Assembly: GCA_038064515.1 (NCBI GenBank)
Contig: JBBTSY010000004.1
Span: 32,585-96,584, forward strand
Direction of reading: 5' to 3'
Length of the DNA: 64,000 bases
DNA from: Patescibacteria group bacterium
GTDB taxonomy: Bacteria > Patescibacteriota > Minisyncoccia > 2-02-FULL-40-12 > GWA2-44-9
The translations under genes were made by a program, and so were the position numbers. Every line of letters begins with the position of its first letter. The stretch's first letter is position 1. A model generated the notes under the pieces. The model was not told the origin of the DNA. It worked only from the letters and a program-made list of their open reading frames with translations, and searched no databases. Of this stretch, positions 37,731-47,686 are shown piece by piece.

Positions 37731-39173
37731 CTAGTAGCCTTGAGCAAACAACCAGCGGCGTTTTGCCGGACCGCCACAACCCACACAGGCGCCATCAATA
37801 GCCTCTTCCGTTCTTTCAAGCTCGAGCACCCGCGTACTGACTTTTGTCTCTTCCTTGATCTTGGCCTCACATTCAGCATCTTCACACCAAGGAGCACGAA
37901 TAAAGTAACGCTGTTTTTCCAAAGATTCTTTAAATAAATCGAGGCTGTCAACATTAATAGTTAGATTGTCGCGATTTTTTTTTGATTTCTCGAAGAGTTC
38001 ATTTTGGATAGCCTCAAGAAGCTCTGGAATTTTTGCTTCAAGCTCATCTAGAGGAATAAAGCCTTTTTCAAACGTATCTCGGCGGACAAATTTTACGGTA
38101 CCCTGTTCGATTTCTTTAGCGCCAACCTCCAATCGAACCGGCACACCCTTAAGCTCCCAGTTATTAATACGAAATCCGAGCGAATGTTCAGAATCGATAT
38201 CAACGGCTATTCGAACACCACGCTGTCTCAATTGATGAGATATCTTCATCGCATGATCTTTAACAGTCGCGTCGCCACCGACTATGAGAATAACAACCTG
38301 ATGCGGAGCTACGCGGGGCGGTACGATCAATCCAGAATCATCACCGTGACTAAGGATAAGACCTCCTATTGAGCGCGTAGACAAACCCCATGAGGTTTGA
38401 AAAGGATGCTCTTTTTTCCCTTCCTCATTCAAGAATTCGATATCAAAAACTTTTGCAAAATTATCACTGAGGTTATGGGATGTCGCGGCTTGAAGTGCTT
38501 TACCGTCAGGGATAACCATCTCAATTGAATAGGTTGTCTTTGCCCCGGCAAATTTTTCAGATTCGCTCTTAATACCTGCATAGACTGAAATCGCGAACTG
38601 CTCTTCATAAAATTTCTTATACCATTTAAGCGCCTTAAGCGTCATCTCAATAGCTTCTGCTTCCGTCTGGTGGACGGTATGACCTTCCTGCCATAAAAAT
38701 TCTGAAGTGCGCAAAAATGGATAGGTGCGCTTTTCCCAGCGCACAACATTCGCCCATTGATTGATCTTCAATGGCAAATCGCGATAGCTTTGAATCCAAT
38801 CGGAAAATGTTTTGTACATGATAGTCTCCGAGGTGGGACGAATCGCATACGGCTCGGCGAGTTCTTCGCCGCCAGCGTGCGTTACTATTGCAAGTTCAGG
38901 AGAAAATCCTTTGAGATGATCTTTCTCCTTTTGGAGATACGACATCGGGATTAGCAATGGGAAATAGGCGTTCTGCACGCCATCTTCCTTAAACCATTCA
39001 TCGAGAGTCTTTTGAACATGTTCCCAAATGGCATATCCATAAGGCCTAATGATCATCGATCCCTTTACCTCCGAATAGTTGGCTAATTCAGCCCGCAACA
39101 CTACATCGTGGTACCATTCCGAGATATTCTCTGATTTTTTAGTGAGTCCTTTTTTCTCGAATACCTGTGTCAT
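37731..39173 (-). CDS. proS: Prolyl-tRNA synthetase, archaeal/eukaryote-like type
   Basis: Class II catalytic core, an anticodon-binding domain and a C-terminal Zn-binding domain. 480 aa. Confidence 0.9.
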   Translation of the reverse strand: MTQVFEKKGLTKKSENISEWYHDVVLRAELANYSEVKGSMIIRPYGYAIWEHVQKTLDEWFKEDGVQNAYFPLLIPMSYLQKEKDHLKGFSPELAIVTHAGGEELAEPYAIRPTSETIMYKTFSDWIQSYRDLPLKINQWANVVRWEKRTYPFLRTSEFLWQEGHTVHQTEAEAIEMTLKALKWYKKFYEEQFAISVYAGIKSESEKFAGAKTTYSIEMVIPDGKALQAATSHNLSDNFAKVFDIEFLNEEGKKEHPFQTSWGLSTRSIGGLILSHGDDSGLIVPPRVAPHQVVILIVGGDATVKDHAMKISHQLRQRGVRIAVDIDSEHSLGFRINNWELKGVPVRLEVGAKEIEQGTVKFVRRDTFEKGFIPLDELEAKIPELLEAIQNELFEKSKKNRDNLTINVDSLDLFKESLEKQRYFIRAPWCEDAECEAKIKEETKVSTRVLELERTEEAIDGACVGCGGPAKRRWLFAQGY

Positions 39174-39174
39174 G

Positions 39175-40257
39175 TTAGAAGAATTTACCGATATCTTTTA
39201 TGGTAATAAACGCCATTAGTGCGAGAAGCAGGATAAAGCCTGAAGCATTAATGACGCCCTCCACCTTTTTATTAAGAGTGACACCGCGAATTTTTTCAAC
39301 AATGAGAAGGAAGGCGCGACCGCCATCAAGCGCCGGAAATGGGATGATATTAAGCACCGCCAAGTTTACCGAGATCATTGCCATAAACTGTAATAGGAAA
39401 TTAAAGCCCACTCGCGCCGCTTGGCCGGTAAGATTTGCAATTCCTATCGGCCCGGAAACGTCGGCTAAAAGCTTACCATGGAAGAGAAGAGTTTTGAAGA
39501 GTAGTCCGTATCCGTACACCGTATTAATGACGAGGCCTACGCTGTCATACACGCCCCGCCAAACGGATTCATACCATGGGTAAGAATAGATGCCGGTTAA
39601 AATTGGGGCGATACCGAGCGGTCCCTGTCCAGCCGGAGGATTGGCACGCAACCCGACCTCTTTCTGCAATTCTTCGCCGCCTCGCTGTAAAATTATTGTA
39701 ACTTTTTCCCCTTTATGCTGATTTACAAAATTGGAGACATCTTTTGAGTCGGTGATTGCAACTGTGCCGCCATTCGATAAACGAAACGCCTTGATCTCAT
39801 CAAGAATGCGCAAATCAGCCGCCTGGGCCGGACTATCCGGGGAAATCTGATAAATTTGCACTTGCAGATCGCTCGCGAGAGAGAGGGCGCTATTTTCTAC
39901 CACCTTCCGAAGACCGATAAAATTACCGATCATGAGGAGCAGGATGGCAAAGAGAAAGTTCATCGTTACGCCGGCAATAACAACTTTCATGCGCGGCCAG
40001 AATGGTTTCGATCCAAAGCTTCGAGGATTATCGCGTTCCTCGCCATCTTCTCCCAGAATTTTTACAAAACCGCCGAATGGTATCCAATTAATGGAATAAA
40101 TCGTTTCCCCGCGCTTAAAGCCCCAAAGTCGCGGAGGAAATCCAAATCCAAATTCTTCTACCTTCATGCCGGCGCGCTTGGCAAATACAAAATGACCAAA
40201 TTCGTGAACAAACACAAGCACACTGATAACTGCAATAAAAATTATGGTAGTGAACAT
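39175..40257 (-). CDS. rseP: Site-2 protease, M50 family (RseP-like)
   Basis: HEFGHF HExxH motif, a PDZ region and the LDGG motif. Confidence 0.8.
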   Translation of the reverse strand: MFTTIIFIAVISVLVFVHEFGHFVFAKRAGMKVEEFGFGFPPRLWGFKRGETIYSINWIPFGGFVKILGEDGEERDNPRSFGSKPFWPRMKVVIAGVTMNFLFAILLLMIGNFIGLRKVVENSALSLASDLQVQIYQISPDSPAQAADLRILDEIKAFRLSNGGTVAITDSKDVSNFVNQHKGEKVTIILQRGGEELQKEVGLRANPPAGQGPLGIAPILTGIYSYPWYESVWRGVYDSVGLVINTVYGYGLLFKTLLFHGKLLADVSGPIGIANLTGQAARVGFNFLLQFMAMISVNLAVLNIIPFPALDGGRAFLLIVEKIRGVTLNKKVEGVINASGFILLLALMAFITIKDIGKFF

Positions 40258-40263
40258 CAGTGG

Positions 40264-40824
40264 TTAGGAATTCATCAACTCATTCTCTTTTCTTTTTACT
40301 AACTCGTCGAATTTTTTATTGAGATCGTCGATGATTTTCTGGAGTTCTTCCTTTGCTTTGCGATCATCGTCGTCCCGAGCTTTTTTCTCCTTAATTTCCG
40401 CCGTAACTTTTTTGAGGATATCTTCTCGGATCTGGCGAACGCGAATTTTTACTTCTTCAATTCTTTGATGAAGAATTTTAATAAATTCTTTGCGCCGCTC
40501 TTCGGTAAGCGGTGGAATGTTTAGACGAACAGCAGTACTGTCGACAACCGGATTAAGCCCAAGGCTAGTCGTATCCTTAATCGCTTTTTCAATAGCGGGC
40601 AATGCTCCCTTGTCCCAGGGCTGAATGACGAGCGTACGAGGTTCGGGAGTATTAATTGTGGCAATTTCCTTAATTCGCAGTTTGCTTCCGAGATATTCAA
40701 CATAGATATCTTCAACGAGAGAAGGACTGGCGCGACCCGTGCGAATCCCGCCGGCCTCACTCTTGGCAAAATCAAGTGCGGCATCAAAATCTTTCCGGCG
40801 CCGCAGGATTAAGTCTTTATACAT
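40264..40824 (-). CDS. frr: Ribosome recycling factor
   Basis: Full-length RRF pattern. 186 aa. Confidence 0.9.
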   Translation of the reverse strand: MYKDLILRRRKDFDAALDFAKSEAGGIRTGRASPSLVEDIYVEYLGSKLRIKEIATINTPEPRTLVIQPWDKGALPAIEKAIKDTTSLGLNPVVDSTAVRLNIPPLTEERRKEFIKILHQRIEEVKIRVRQIREDILKKVTAEIKEKKARDDDDRKAKEELQKIIDDLNKKFDELVKRKENELMNS

Positions 40825-40863
40825 GCGCCAAGCCTATCATTAAAAAGTATTGATTTCAATCAG

Positions 40864-41742
40864 TTATTGATTAAGGAGAAAGGTCTCCAAAGCGAGACGA
40901 TGATTGTATTGCGGTTGAGAAATAATATGTTTAAGTCTCAAAAGTCCCTTGATGGCACGATGCGCTTTTTCGTCATCGCGCAGATGCGCATGAGCCCATC
41001 GTAACCAGTAGTCTACGGCGTGAGCATATTCCTCTTTCTCGTAGAGTTTCTTGGCATATTGAAGCCGCTCCGCCACACCCTGGCTTGATACTTTTCGAAA
41101 ATCACGAATTGCCGTTCGAACATCATCAATTGATCCCGATTCGATCGTACGGATAGCCCAACCCAGCCTTCCATTTGCAATTTCAGTAACCAGCGCGCTC
41201 GTTTCATTATCTGCTTTCTTTGAGGCGAGCATTTTTTTAATAACCTCATCAGTATGCGGTAAAAATGGAACTTCCTGACATCGAGAAGTAATCGTAGGAA
41301 GCAGCTGTTTGGGCTGTGAGCTAATTAGAAGTAACGTGGAATAAGGCGGGGGTTCCTCTAAAACTTTCAACAGCGCATTAGATGCTTCAATCGTCAGGCG
41401 ATCGGCATCGTCAATAATCACGAACTTATAGGGGCCCGCCAGCGGTTTTCGAGATATAAAAAGATTCACTTCTCGAATATCGTCGATGTAAATTTTCGAC
41501 TCACCCTCATTCACTCGCGGCCCGATTACCAGCCGGTCTGCATCAAGTACCGATGCGGAATCAGGATTGGCTAAACGACAGAGTTCTTGGGCGAATTTTC
41601 TCTTGCCGATCATTTCCGGACCGGAGAAAAGATATGCGTGGAGAAACCGATCTTTTTTAAGAAGATTTTCGAAGTAGCTCTTTTGAAATTCGAATCCGAT
41701 CGTGTGCCAATCCATAGAACCCATCTCAATAATACTTTTCAT
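40864..41742 (-). CDS. holB: DNA polymerase III delta-prime subunit
   Basis: HAYLFSGPEMIGK and the SRCQ sensor. The first 9 codons (MKSIIEMGS) lie inside the MITE-like element. An alternative start is MDWH at 41713-41715. Confidence 0.7.
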   Translation of the reverse strand: MKSIIEMGSMDWHTIGFEFQKSYFENLLKKDRFLHAYLFSGPEMIGKRKFAQELCRLANPDSASVLDADRLVIGPRVNEGESKIYIDDIREVNLFISRKPLAGPYKFVIIDDADRLTIEASNALLKVLEEPPPYSTLLLISSQPKQLLPTITSRCQEVPFLPHTDEVIKKMLASKKADNETSALVTEIANGRLGWAIRTIESGSIDDVRTAIRDFRKVSSQGVAERLQYAKKLYEKEEYAHAVDYWLRWAHAHLRDDEKAHRAIKGLLRLKHIISQPQYNHRLALETFLLNQ

Positions 41743-41922
41743 GCCGAAATTTCAGGATTATGAGCGAAAAGAGTGAAGAGTGAGGAAGCAGAGTGGTACT
41801 CTGCTGACGAGATCTGATCTCTTTGCAGCCAGAATCCTGAAATACATTCAAGCTACTACCTGCAGTATTTCGTCGCCTTCGCTCCTCAATTGCAGGCGAA
41901 AGGGTGTTATTGAGATGGGTTC
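41716..41922. mobile_element. MITE-like palindromic element, copy 1 (207 bp), with 16 bp perfect TIRs AGAACCCATCTCAATAA / TTATTGAGATGGGTTC
   Basis: Near-identical to 60015-60174 except for a 47 bp internal insertion. It also carries nested internal inverted repeats (tttcaggatt/aatcctgaaa). Confidence 0.75.
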
Positions 41923-41928
41923 CACATA

Positions 41929-43062
41929 TTAATAAATACCAGAAAGCACGCGAGAAGCAATAGCATCAGCGGCACCTGGGGTAGCGAAGGTTTTAACTTT
42001 CTGACTTACATCGAGATACCGGGCTGGTTCAAGCAATGATTGGATTTGATTGATGAGAATGTGTGTCGTAATATTAGCTCCTTCCAAAATTGCCAAGCCT
42101 GCTTTGGCGAATTCGATGGCATTGGTTATTTGTTCACCGCGACTGGCTTGCTGTAGCGGAATAATAATGGCAGGCTTCCCTACTTGAGCAATTTCGAAAA
42201 GCGACGCCGCGCCAGACCGAGAAATTATAATATCGCAGGCGGCATAGGCCATTGCCATTTCTTTCACGTTCAAAAACGGATACAATCGATACCGCGATTC
42301 AATAAGGGAACCGTAACTCTCTTTCCCCTCCTTGATAAACGTATCAACAATTGCCCGAACACTCTCATATTGAGAATCGCCGCATTGATGGATAATCTGA
42401 TAATCTTTTACGAGCTCAACAAGTGAGTTTGCGATAATATCATTGATTACTTTTGCCCCTTGGCTGCCGCCGAGAATCAAAAGTGTTTTCGTATTCCCGG
42501 AAAAATTAAATGATTCGAGCGCGGCGCTGCGATCAGCGCCGAATAGATCCATTCGCACCGGATTCCCCACCAGCATCGCTTTCCCCGGAAAATATTTCTC
42601 GGCGGATTTAAAACTTATAAAAACAATGTTTACAAAGCGGGTGACGATCCGGTTTGCCAAGCCAGGGATGGAATCAGACTCATGCAGATATACGGGAATA
42701 AAAAATAATTTTGCGACTAATACGAGAGCTACTGAATCATAACCGCCTTTTGAGAAAACCACATCTGGCATAAACCAAAATAGATACCAAAGTGCCTGAA
42801 TAAAACCAATAGGTATTTTAATCAAATCTAGAAATAGCAATGGACTGGCATATCGTCGGAGTCCGCCAGCTATAATATGCTTAAATGCGAATCCGCCTTC
42901 TTGAGCTGCACGCTCAAGAAAACCGCGATTCGCACCAATAAGGAGTAGACGTACGTTAATATTTTTTTGTTGAGCGTGAGCTTGAAGAGATTTTGCCACA
43001 GCCAAGAGCGGGTAAACATGTCCTCCGCTAGCGCCACCAATAAGAAGTATTCGCTTTTCCAT
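41929..43062 (-). CDS. murG: UDP-GlcNAc:lipid I GlcNAc transferase
   Basis: GGTGGH N-terminal motif and the GT28 C-terminal domain. Confidence 0.85.
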   Translation of the reverse strand: MEKRILLIGGASGGHVYPLLAVAKSLQAHAQQKNINVRLLLIGANRGFLERAAQEGGFAFKHIIAGGLRRYASPLLFLDLIKIPIGFIQALWYLFWFMPDVVFSKGGYDSVALVLVAKLFFIPVYLHESDSIPGLANRIVTRFVNIVFISFKSAEKYFPGKAMLVGNPVRMDLFGADRSAALESFNFSGNTKTLLILGGSQGAKVINDIIANSLVELVKDYQIIHQCGDSQYESVRAIVDTFIKEGKESYGSLIESRYRLYPFLNVKEMAMAYAACDIIISRSGAASLFEIAQVGKPAIIIPLQQASRGEQITNAIEFAKAGLAILEGANITTHILINQIQSLLEPARYLDVSQKVKTFATPGAADAIASRVLSGIY

Positions 43063-43118
43063 ATGATATTAGTGTATCATCCCTGAAATCTTCTACTATA
43101 CCCTATCTCGATAACATT

Positions 43119-43745
43119 TTATGCCGACGTAGTTCGATCCGGCAACGGCTTCACTTGACCGCGAGCAACCCTCATCTTCAGATCATGGAAGATTTTCCAT
43201 TGAAATACTGCCCCGAGCATGGCTAAACATCCGCCCAGCAGAAACAAATTTTCAAAACCATATCGTTGCGCTAAAAATCCCCCCAATGAGGCGGCAACTG
43301 CCGCAGAAACACCGATCGCCACCGACTCAAACGACCATTCAATATTTTCCTGCATTTTATCGATATGCCGAGTAAAAATAGCAAACCAAGGTGGCACCGC
43401 GAGCGCTAAACTAATGCCGTAAATCGCCTGGATAATATAGATATGATTCGCGGTACGGGCGAAGAAATAGAGAAATGGTACCATGGCGGCCAGCGTGCTA
43501 CCGGCAACAAGCGAGTAAAAATCATCGTACTCACCATGGTTTTTATCGAGATAGTGCGCTACAGGAATTTGAAACACCACTTTGAAAATTTGCGCGATTG
43601 CTGTAGCAAAGCCAACAACTTCTAAAGATCCATTATTGATTTGCTGAGTAATGAAAACGGCGAACACCGGGGCAAAGACAGAAAAACCGGAATTAATGAG
43701 AAAGTCGGAAGTAATGAGAACCCTCACCGTGTGGCTGATTTTCAT
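43119..43745 (-). CDS. Half-size MFS-like transporter (6 TM). It may be a truncated MFS gene.
   Basis: 208 aa with 6 TM helices resembling one MFS repeat. Confidence 0.4.
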   Translation of the reverse strand: MKISHTVRVLITSDFLINSGFSVFAPVFAVFITQQINNGSLEVVGFATAIAQIFKVVFQIPVAHYLDKNHGEYDDFYSLVAGSTLAAMVPFLYFFARTANHIYIIQAIYGISLALAVPPWFAIFTRHIDKMQENIEWSFESVAIGVSAAVAASLGGFLAQRYGFENLFLLGGCLAMLGAVFQWKIFHDLKMRVARGQVKPLPDRTTSA

Positions 43746-43765
43746 AACCTTATTGTATCATAAAA

Positions 43766-43864
43766 GCCCCGCCCTCTGGGCACACGAATCAACATTTAGC
43801 CTAAGCAACCGGTGTATCAAGTAAGCTATAGACAATTATTGTTCATGAGCTTAGAGGGCGGGGC
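43766..43864. repeat. 12 bp GC-rich inverted repeat (GCCCCGCCCTCT / AGAGGGCGGGGC) around a 75 nt AT-rich loop
   Basis: It lies between the subtilase stop and the MFS-like start. The 3' arm in minus sense is followed by UUUUAUG. Confidence 0.55.
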
Positions 43865-43878
43865 CATATTGTTGAAAA

Positions 43879-45048
43879 TTACCGGCCGAGAATCGGCATT
43901 CCGAAGCCGGAATCATTATCTTCTCCTTCCGGGCCGACATCTTGAGTTAATTCTTTAAGTTTTTTGAAAACAGCTTGAGCTGGATACTCTTCATCAACAT
44001 TCCAGATAAGCGCGGCAAGCCCAGAGATATGAGGAGCAGCCATGGACGTGCCCGATAAATTCGCATAACCTTCTTTCCACGTAGATTCGATATTTACGCC
44101 GGGCGCGACAAACTGGAGATCCTTTTCGTTCGCGTCATTATTCTGGGTCGTTTTATTGCTTCCGCGCGAGCTCCAATCGGGAATTTCATTTTGATCATCA
44201 AGTGCGCCTACGCTAACCACACGAACATTTGCCGCGGGGAAATCGATACTACCTTCATAATCGCCATCGTTACCGGCGGCGGCCACTACCAGTACATCGT
44301 GATCACCGGCATAGTCGATTGCTTGATGAATGAGTGGGCTTTCGATATCTGCGCCTAGACTTAGATTGATAATTTGCGCGCCTTCATCGACGGCAGTTCT
44401 TATTGCAACGGCAATATCGTCAGCCCAGCAAGAACCGTTAGCGTCGCAGACGCGATAAACTAAAAGCTTTGCTTCGGGAGCAACACCGTAAATTCCCTTG
44501 CCTTCTTTACCGCCATCCGCGGCGATAATGCCGGCGACATGCGTGCCATGACCATTTTTATCTTCACATTTACCGCTCACTACCGATTGTTTGAGATTGC
44601 TAAAATCCTTACAGTCTTTAAGTCGTTCCGCAAGATCGGGATGATTTTTTGAAATGCCGGTATCAAGCACTGCGATTGCGATACCTTCGCCGCCTAAAGT
44701 TTCAAAGAGTTTGGCATCACCTCGGATAGATGCCACACCCCATGGAATTTGCGCATCAGGAACGCTGTGGCCGACTTGAGCATCAATGGAAGAAGAAACA
44801 TAGAGCCGCTGTACATGCTCTATCTCTACGCCAAAAATTTTTGTAAGACGCAACTGCCAATCGGTAAGATCGGTGGTAAATCCATTATCAAAATTATTGC
44901 GTACATTGAAGCTATTCTTCCAGAGTCCCGCTTTCGATTTGATAAAGTAGCGGTTGTCGTCGGTGTCATTCTTAGCGGCTCGGACTGGGATTGTAGTAGC
45001 GAAAATAAAGGAAAAAACTAATAAACACGCGGTTATTGTTGTTTTCAT
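43879..45048 (-). CDS. Secreted subtilisin-like serine protease (S8)
   Basis: Signal peptide, the Asp site (VLDTGI), the His site HGTHVAG and the Ser site GTSMAAPH. Confidence 0.85.
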   Translation of the reverse strand: MKTTITACLLVFSFIFATTIPVRAAKNDTDDNRYFIKSKAGLWKNSFNVRNNFDNGFTTDLTDWQLRLTKIFGVEIEHVQRLYVSSSIDAQVGHSVPDAQIPWGVASIRGDAKLFETLGGEGIAIAVLDTGISKNHPDLAERLKDCKDFSNLKQSVVSGKCEDKNGHGTHVAGIIAADGGKEGKGIYGVAPEAKLLVYRVCDANGSCWADDIAVAIRTAVDEGAQIINLSLGADIESPLIHQAIDYAGDHDVLVVAAAGNDGDYEGSIDFPAANVRVVSVGALDDQNEIPDWSSRGSNKTTQNNDANEKDLQFVAPGVNIESTWKEGYANLSGTSMAAPHISGLAALIWNVDEEYPAQAVFKKLKELTQDVGPEGEDNDSGFGMPILGR

Positions 45049-45104
45049 ATTTGCAGGTCTATTTTAGCATATTCCAAACCTCCCGTACAGGAATTAATCC
45101 ACAC

Positions 45105-45791
45105 CTATATCCTGTCGTCAGGCCCCCCCATAAAGCGTTTTGCTATCCCCCGAACCCGCTCATTGAAGTGGTGCAGATGATCTTCAAAATCAAACGCTCG
45201 ACTAATCATCGAGCCTGATTTTTTCTCGATCCAAACGATAAGCGCAATCGCGAGAACGACAAAGATGATAAGAAATCCAATCTCCTTCAAGTAGTGGGCG
45301 TAGATTTTATATCCTTCGCCGAAGAATGTGCCAAGCCCAAAGGTGATCACGACCCAGCCAAACGATCCGATAATATTATAGAGTGCAAATTTTTTGATGT
45401 TATACTTGATAGAGCCCGTCATGATGAGCGTAGCAATCGTTAATGAAAGCGTGAATTTCGCAAATAAGATAAGTTTTCCGGTATGCTGATCGAGATAATG
45501 CCGGGCTCGTTCGATAAACCGCCTCCGCTTAGGATTGCGCTGGACAAACCATTCAACTGACTTTGAGCCGCCAAAATATCCAATTGTATACCAAATGAAG
45601 CCGCTCACGACCTCGCCCGCAAAACTCGCCAAAGCGGCGGGAATTAATGAGAGGCCGCCAACAGAAACGAGGAAGCCGGCGATAACGAGCGTGTTAAACC
45701 CTTCCAAAATTGACGCAATAAACAGGAACAGATATTTATGTTCCAGGATGATGGGCGCATGCGTTTGAAGGAAGATAAGAATGGAATCCAT
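45105..45791 (-). CDS. DedA/TVP38-family membrane protein
   Basis: DedA signature region. Confidence 0.7.
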   Translation of the reverse strand: MDSILIFLQTHAPIILEHKYLFLFIASILEGFNTLVIAGFLVSVGGLSLIPAALASFAGEVVSGFIWYTIGYFGGSKSVEWFVQRNPKRRRFIERARHYLDQHTGKLILFAKFTLSLTIATLIMTGSIKYNIKKFALYNIIGSFGWVVITFGLGTFFGEGYKIYAHYLKEIGFLIIFVVLAIALIVWIEKKSGSMISRAFDFEDHLHHFNERVRGIAKRFMGGPDDRI

Positions 45792-46393
45792 TAGATATAG
45801 TGCTTAAGCGCTTCAAAATCTTTTTTCAGGGTATCTTTAGTTGTATTGTTGTAGATTGCCACAGCTGGATGATAGAGCGGTATGATTGTGACTTCTCCAT
45901 ACGTTGTCGTTGCGGCAAATGTTTTCCCATGCATTTGACTGATCGGTCGCAGGACGTTCTGTAAATTAAATTTTTCCATCACATACACCATGGAAAATCT
46001 CCCCAAAGTCGCAATTACTTTCGGCTGAATGATAGTAATCTGCCGATCCAGAAAAGGACCGTATGCTTCAATCTCTTCGGGCACTGGGTCTCGATTGAAC
46101 GGCGGACGATCTTTCACGATATTCGTGATATAGACATCTTTGCGATCAATGCCAACACCCTCCAAGAGCTGATCAAGGATCTTTCCAGCGGCACCCACGA
46201 AGGGCCGACCAGTCTTTGCTTCGTTGCGCCCCGGCGCCTCACCCACAAACATAATAGTAGCATGATGATTACCTTCGCCTATAACCGGATACACGCCACC
46301 CTTTACGCGGTCCGCGTAAAGGGGCGACCCAGTTAAGTTCACCACTTCATCCCGAATATGCCGTAAAAGCTCCGTTTTTTCATCAGTACTCAT
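45791..46393 (-). CDS. Uracil-DNA glycosylase, family 4
   Basis: GEGNHHATIMFVGEAPG hallmark and a 4Fe-4S Cys pattern. Confidence 0.85.
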   Translation of the reverse strand: MSTDEKTELLRHIRDEVVNLTGSPLYADRVKGGVYPVIGEGNHHATIMFVGEAPGRNEAKTGRPFVGAAGKILDQLLEGVGIDRKDVYITNIVKDRPPFNRDPVPEEIEAYGPFLDRQITIIQPKVIATLGRFSMVYVMEKFNLQNVLRPISQMHGKTFAATTTYGEVTIIPLYHPAVAIYNNTTKDTLKKDFEALKHYI

Positions 46394-46402
46394 AGATATA
46401 GC

Positions 46403-47686
46403 TTAGCGAGATTTGCCATAATGAGCAACCAATCCGGCTATTCCCCACCACATGAGTATCCCTTGCTGAAGCGTCCAAAAGAAATGATCAAAGACACCAA
46501 TAAAGATCAGGGAAACGAACATGCCTGCTATGAAGAGCCGCTCGAGATCAAACTTCGCCGCCCGAAAAAAACTGATAATTATCAATGCCAGCCAACTGAT
46601 AAACGCGGCAATACCTAAAATACCCAGCTCCGCATAGATGAGCAGATAAATATTATGAGCCGGCTGGTACAGTTCGCGAGGCAATCCTGGCCGGTACTTC
46701 ATAAGCCAGGGAACAAAATTTCCGATACCCAGGCCCAAACTGATTTTCTGATGGCTATGGAGCGCCTGCGAATTATAATATTGTCGCAGAACGATCGTTT
46801 CATCAGTCGGAGCTATAGTTAAGCGTCCTACAATATCTCCCCAAAATAAAACCGCGAATAACCCGCCTACCGCAACCGTTGTCAGTGCCATGCGCCATAA
46901 CTTTTCAAGATCACCGCGATAGCGCCCAAGCCAAAAAATAATTCCCGCGCTGACAAGTAATACCCAAGCGAAAATAATCGTTCGTGAGAATGTGGCGAAA
47001 AATCCAAAAAGAATAATTGCGTATGTTACATGCCATATCCGATCATTCACCCGTTTTTTGTAGCGGACATAAAGAATATACAAGCTCCCCAAGCCGAGAA
47101 AAAGATACGTCGCCAAAATATTCGGATGCGGCGTTGTGCCATAGGCACGCATTATTTTTTCTCCGGCTTCATTGTAGAAAACCGCCACCCCCCTCATGTC
47201 GGGACGCAACACGCTTTCACCCAAATATTGAAGATTGATATCGGCTTGGCGAATAAATTGCACTATTCCCAATCCGGCCTGAAATACGCCGCCTAACCCA
47301 ACCGCCATCAACATTGCCGCCGGTGATGCGACTTCGAAAGATCTATGTCGCATGTAGAAATACAGGAGGACGCCTTCGGTAAGTTTCCCAAACCGATACC
47401 AACCAATCTCCGGCTTAAGTAATCCTATCAACGATAAGCCCGCTACCAAAACGAACAGCGTGAGCGCCACAGAACTCCACGTGGGCCAGGCAAATGACCC
47501 CCTTTTTTGCCACAGCCAAAGGATCAGGATTACCGCTAAAAGGAGGTCGGTCCCATAGAGCGCAAAAGAAACATACTCATTGAAATACCAGGATGACGAG
47601 TAGAGGATAATGCGGGCTTGAAACGGAATGGCGGCAAGAAAAAAAAGGAGAAAAAACCGCTCAATTTTTTGAAACCACTGTTTCAT
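46403..47686 (-). CDS. O-antigen ligase (Wzy_C/WaaL)-like polytopic membrane protein
   Basis: PAHNIYLLIYAELGILG motif and about 10 TM helices. I place the start at MKQWF (47684-47686); the ORF track extends to 47695. Confidence 0.65.
   Translation of the reverse strand: MKQWFQKIERFFLLFFLAAIPFQARIILYSSSWYFNEYVSFALYGTDLLLAVILILWLWQKRGSFAWPTWSSVALTLFVLVAGLSLIGLLKPEIGWYRFGKLTEGVLLYFYMRHRSFEVASPAAMLMAVGLGGVFQAGLGIVQFIRQADINLQYLGESVLRPDMRGVAVFYNEAGEKIMRAYGTTPHPNILATYLFLGLGSLYILYVRYKKRVNDRIWHVTYAIILFGFFATFSRTIIFAWVLLVSAGIIFWLGRYRGDLEKLWRMALTTVAVGGLFAVLFWGDIVGRLTIAPTDETIVLRQYYNSQALHSHQKISLGLGIGNFVPWLMKYRPGLPRELYQPAHNIYLLIYAELGILGIAAFISWLALIIISFFRAAKFDLERLFIAGMFVSLIFIGVFDHFFWTLQQGILMWWGIAGLVAHYGKSR

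Noticed and set aside
41770-41830. Hammerhead-ribozyme-like CUGACGAG core inside the MITE-like element (also at 24783-24790)
   Set aside because: CUGANGA is present, but no GAAA follows a stem II and no stem III or cleavage-site arrangement can be drawn.
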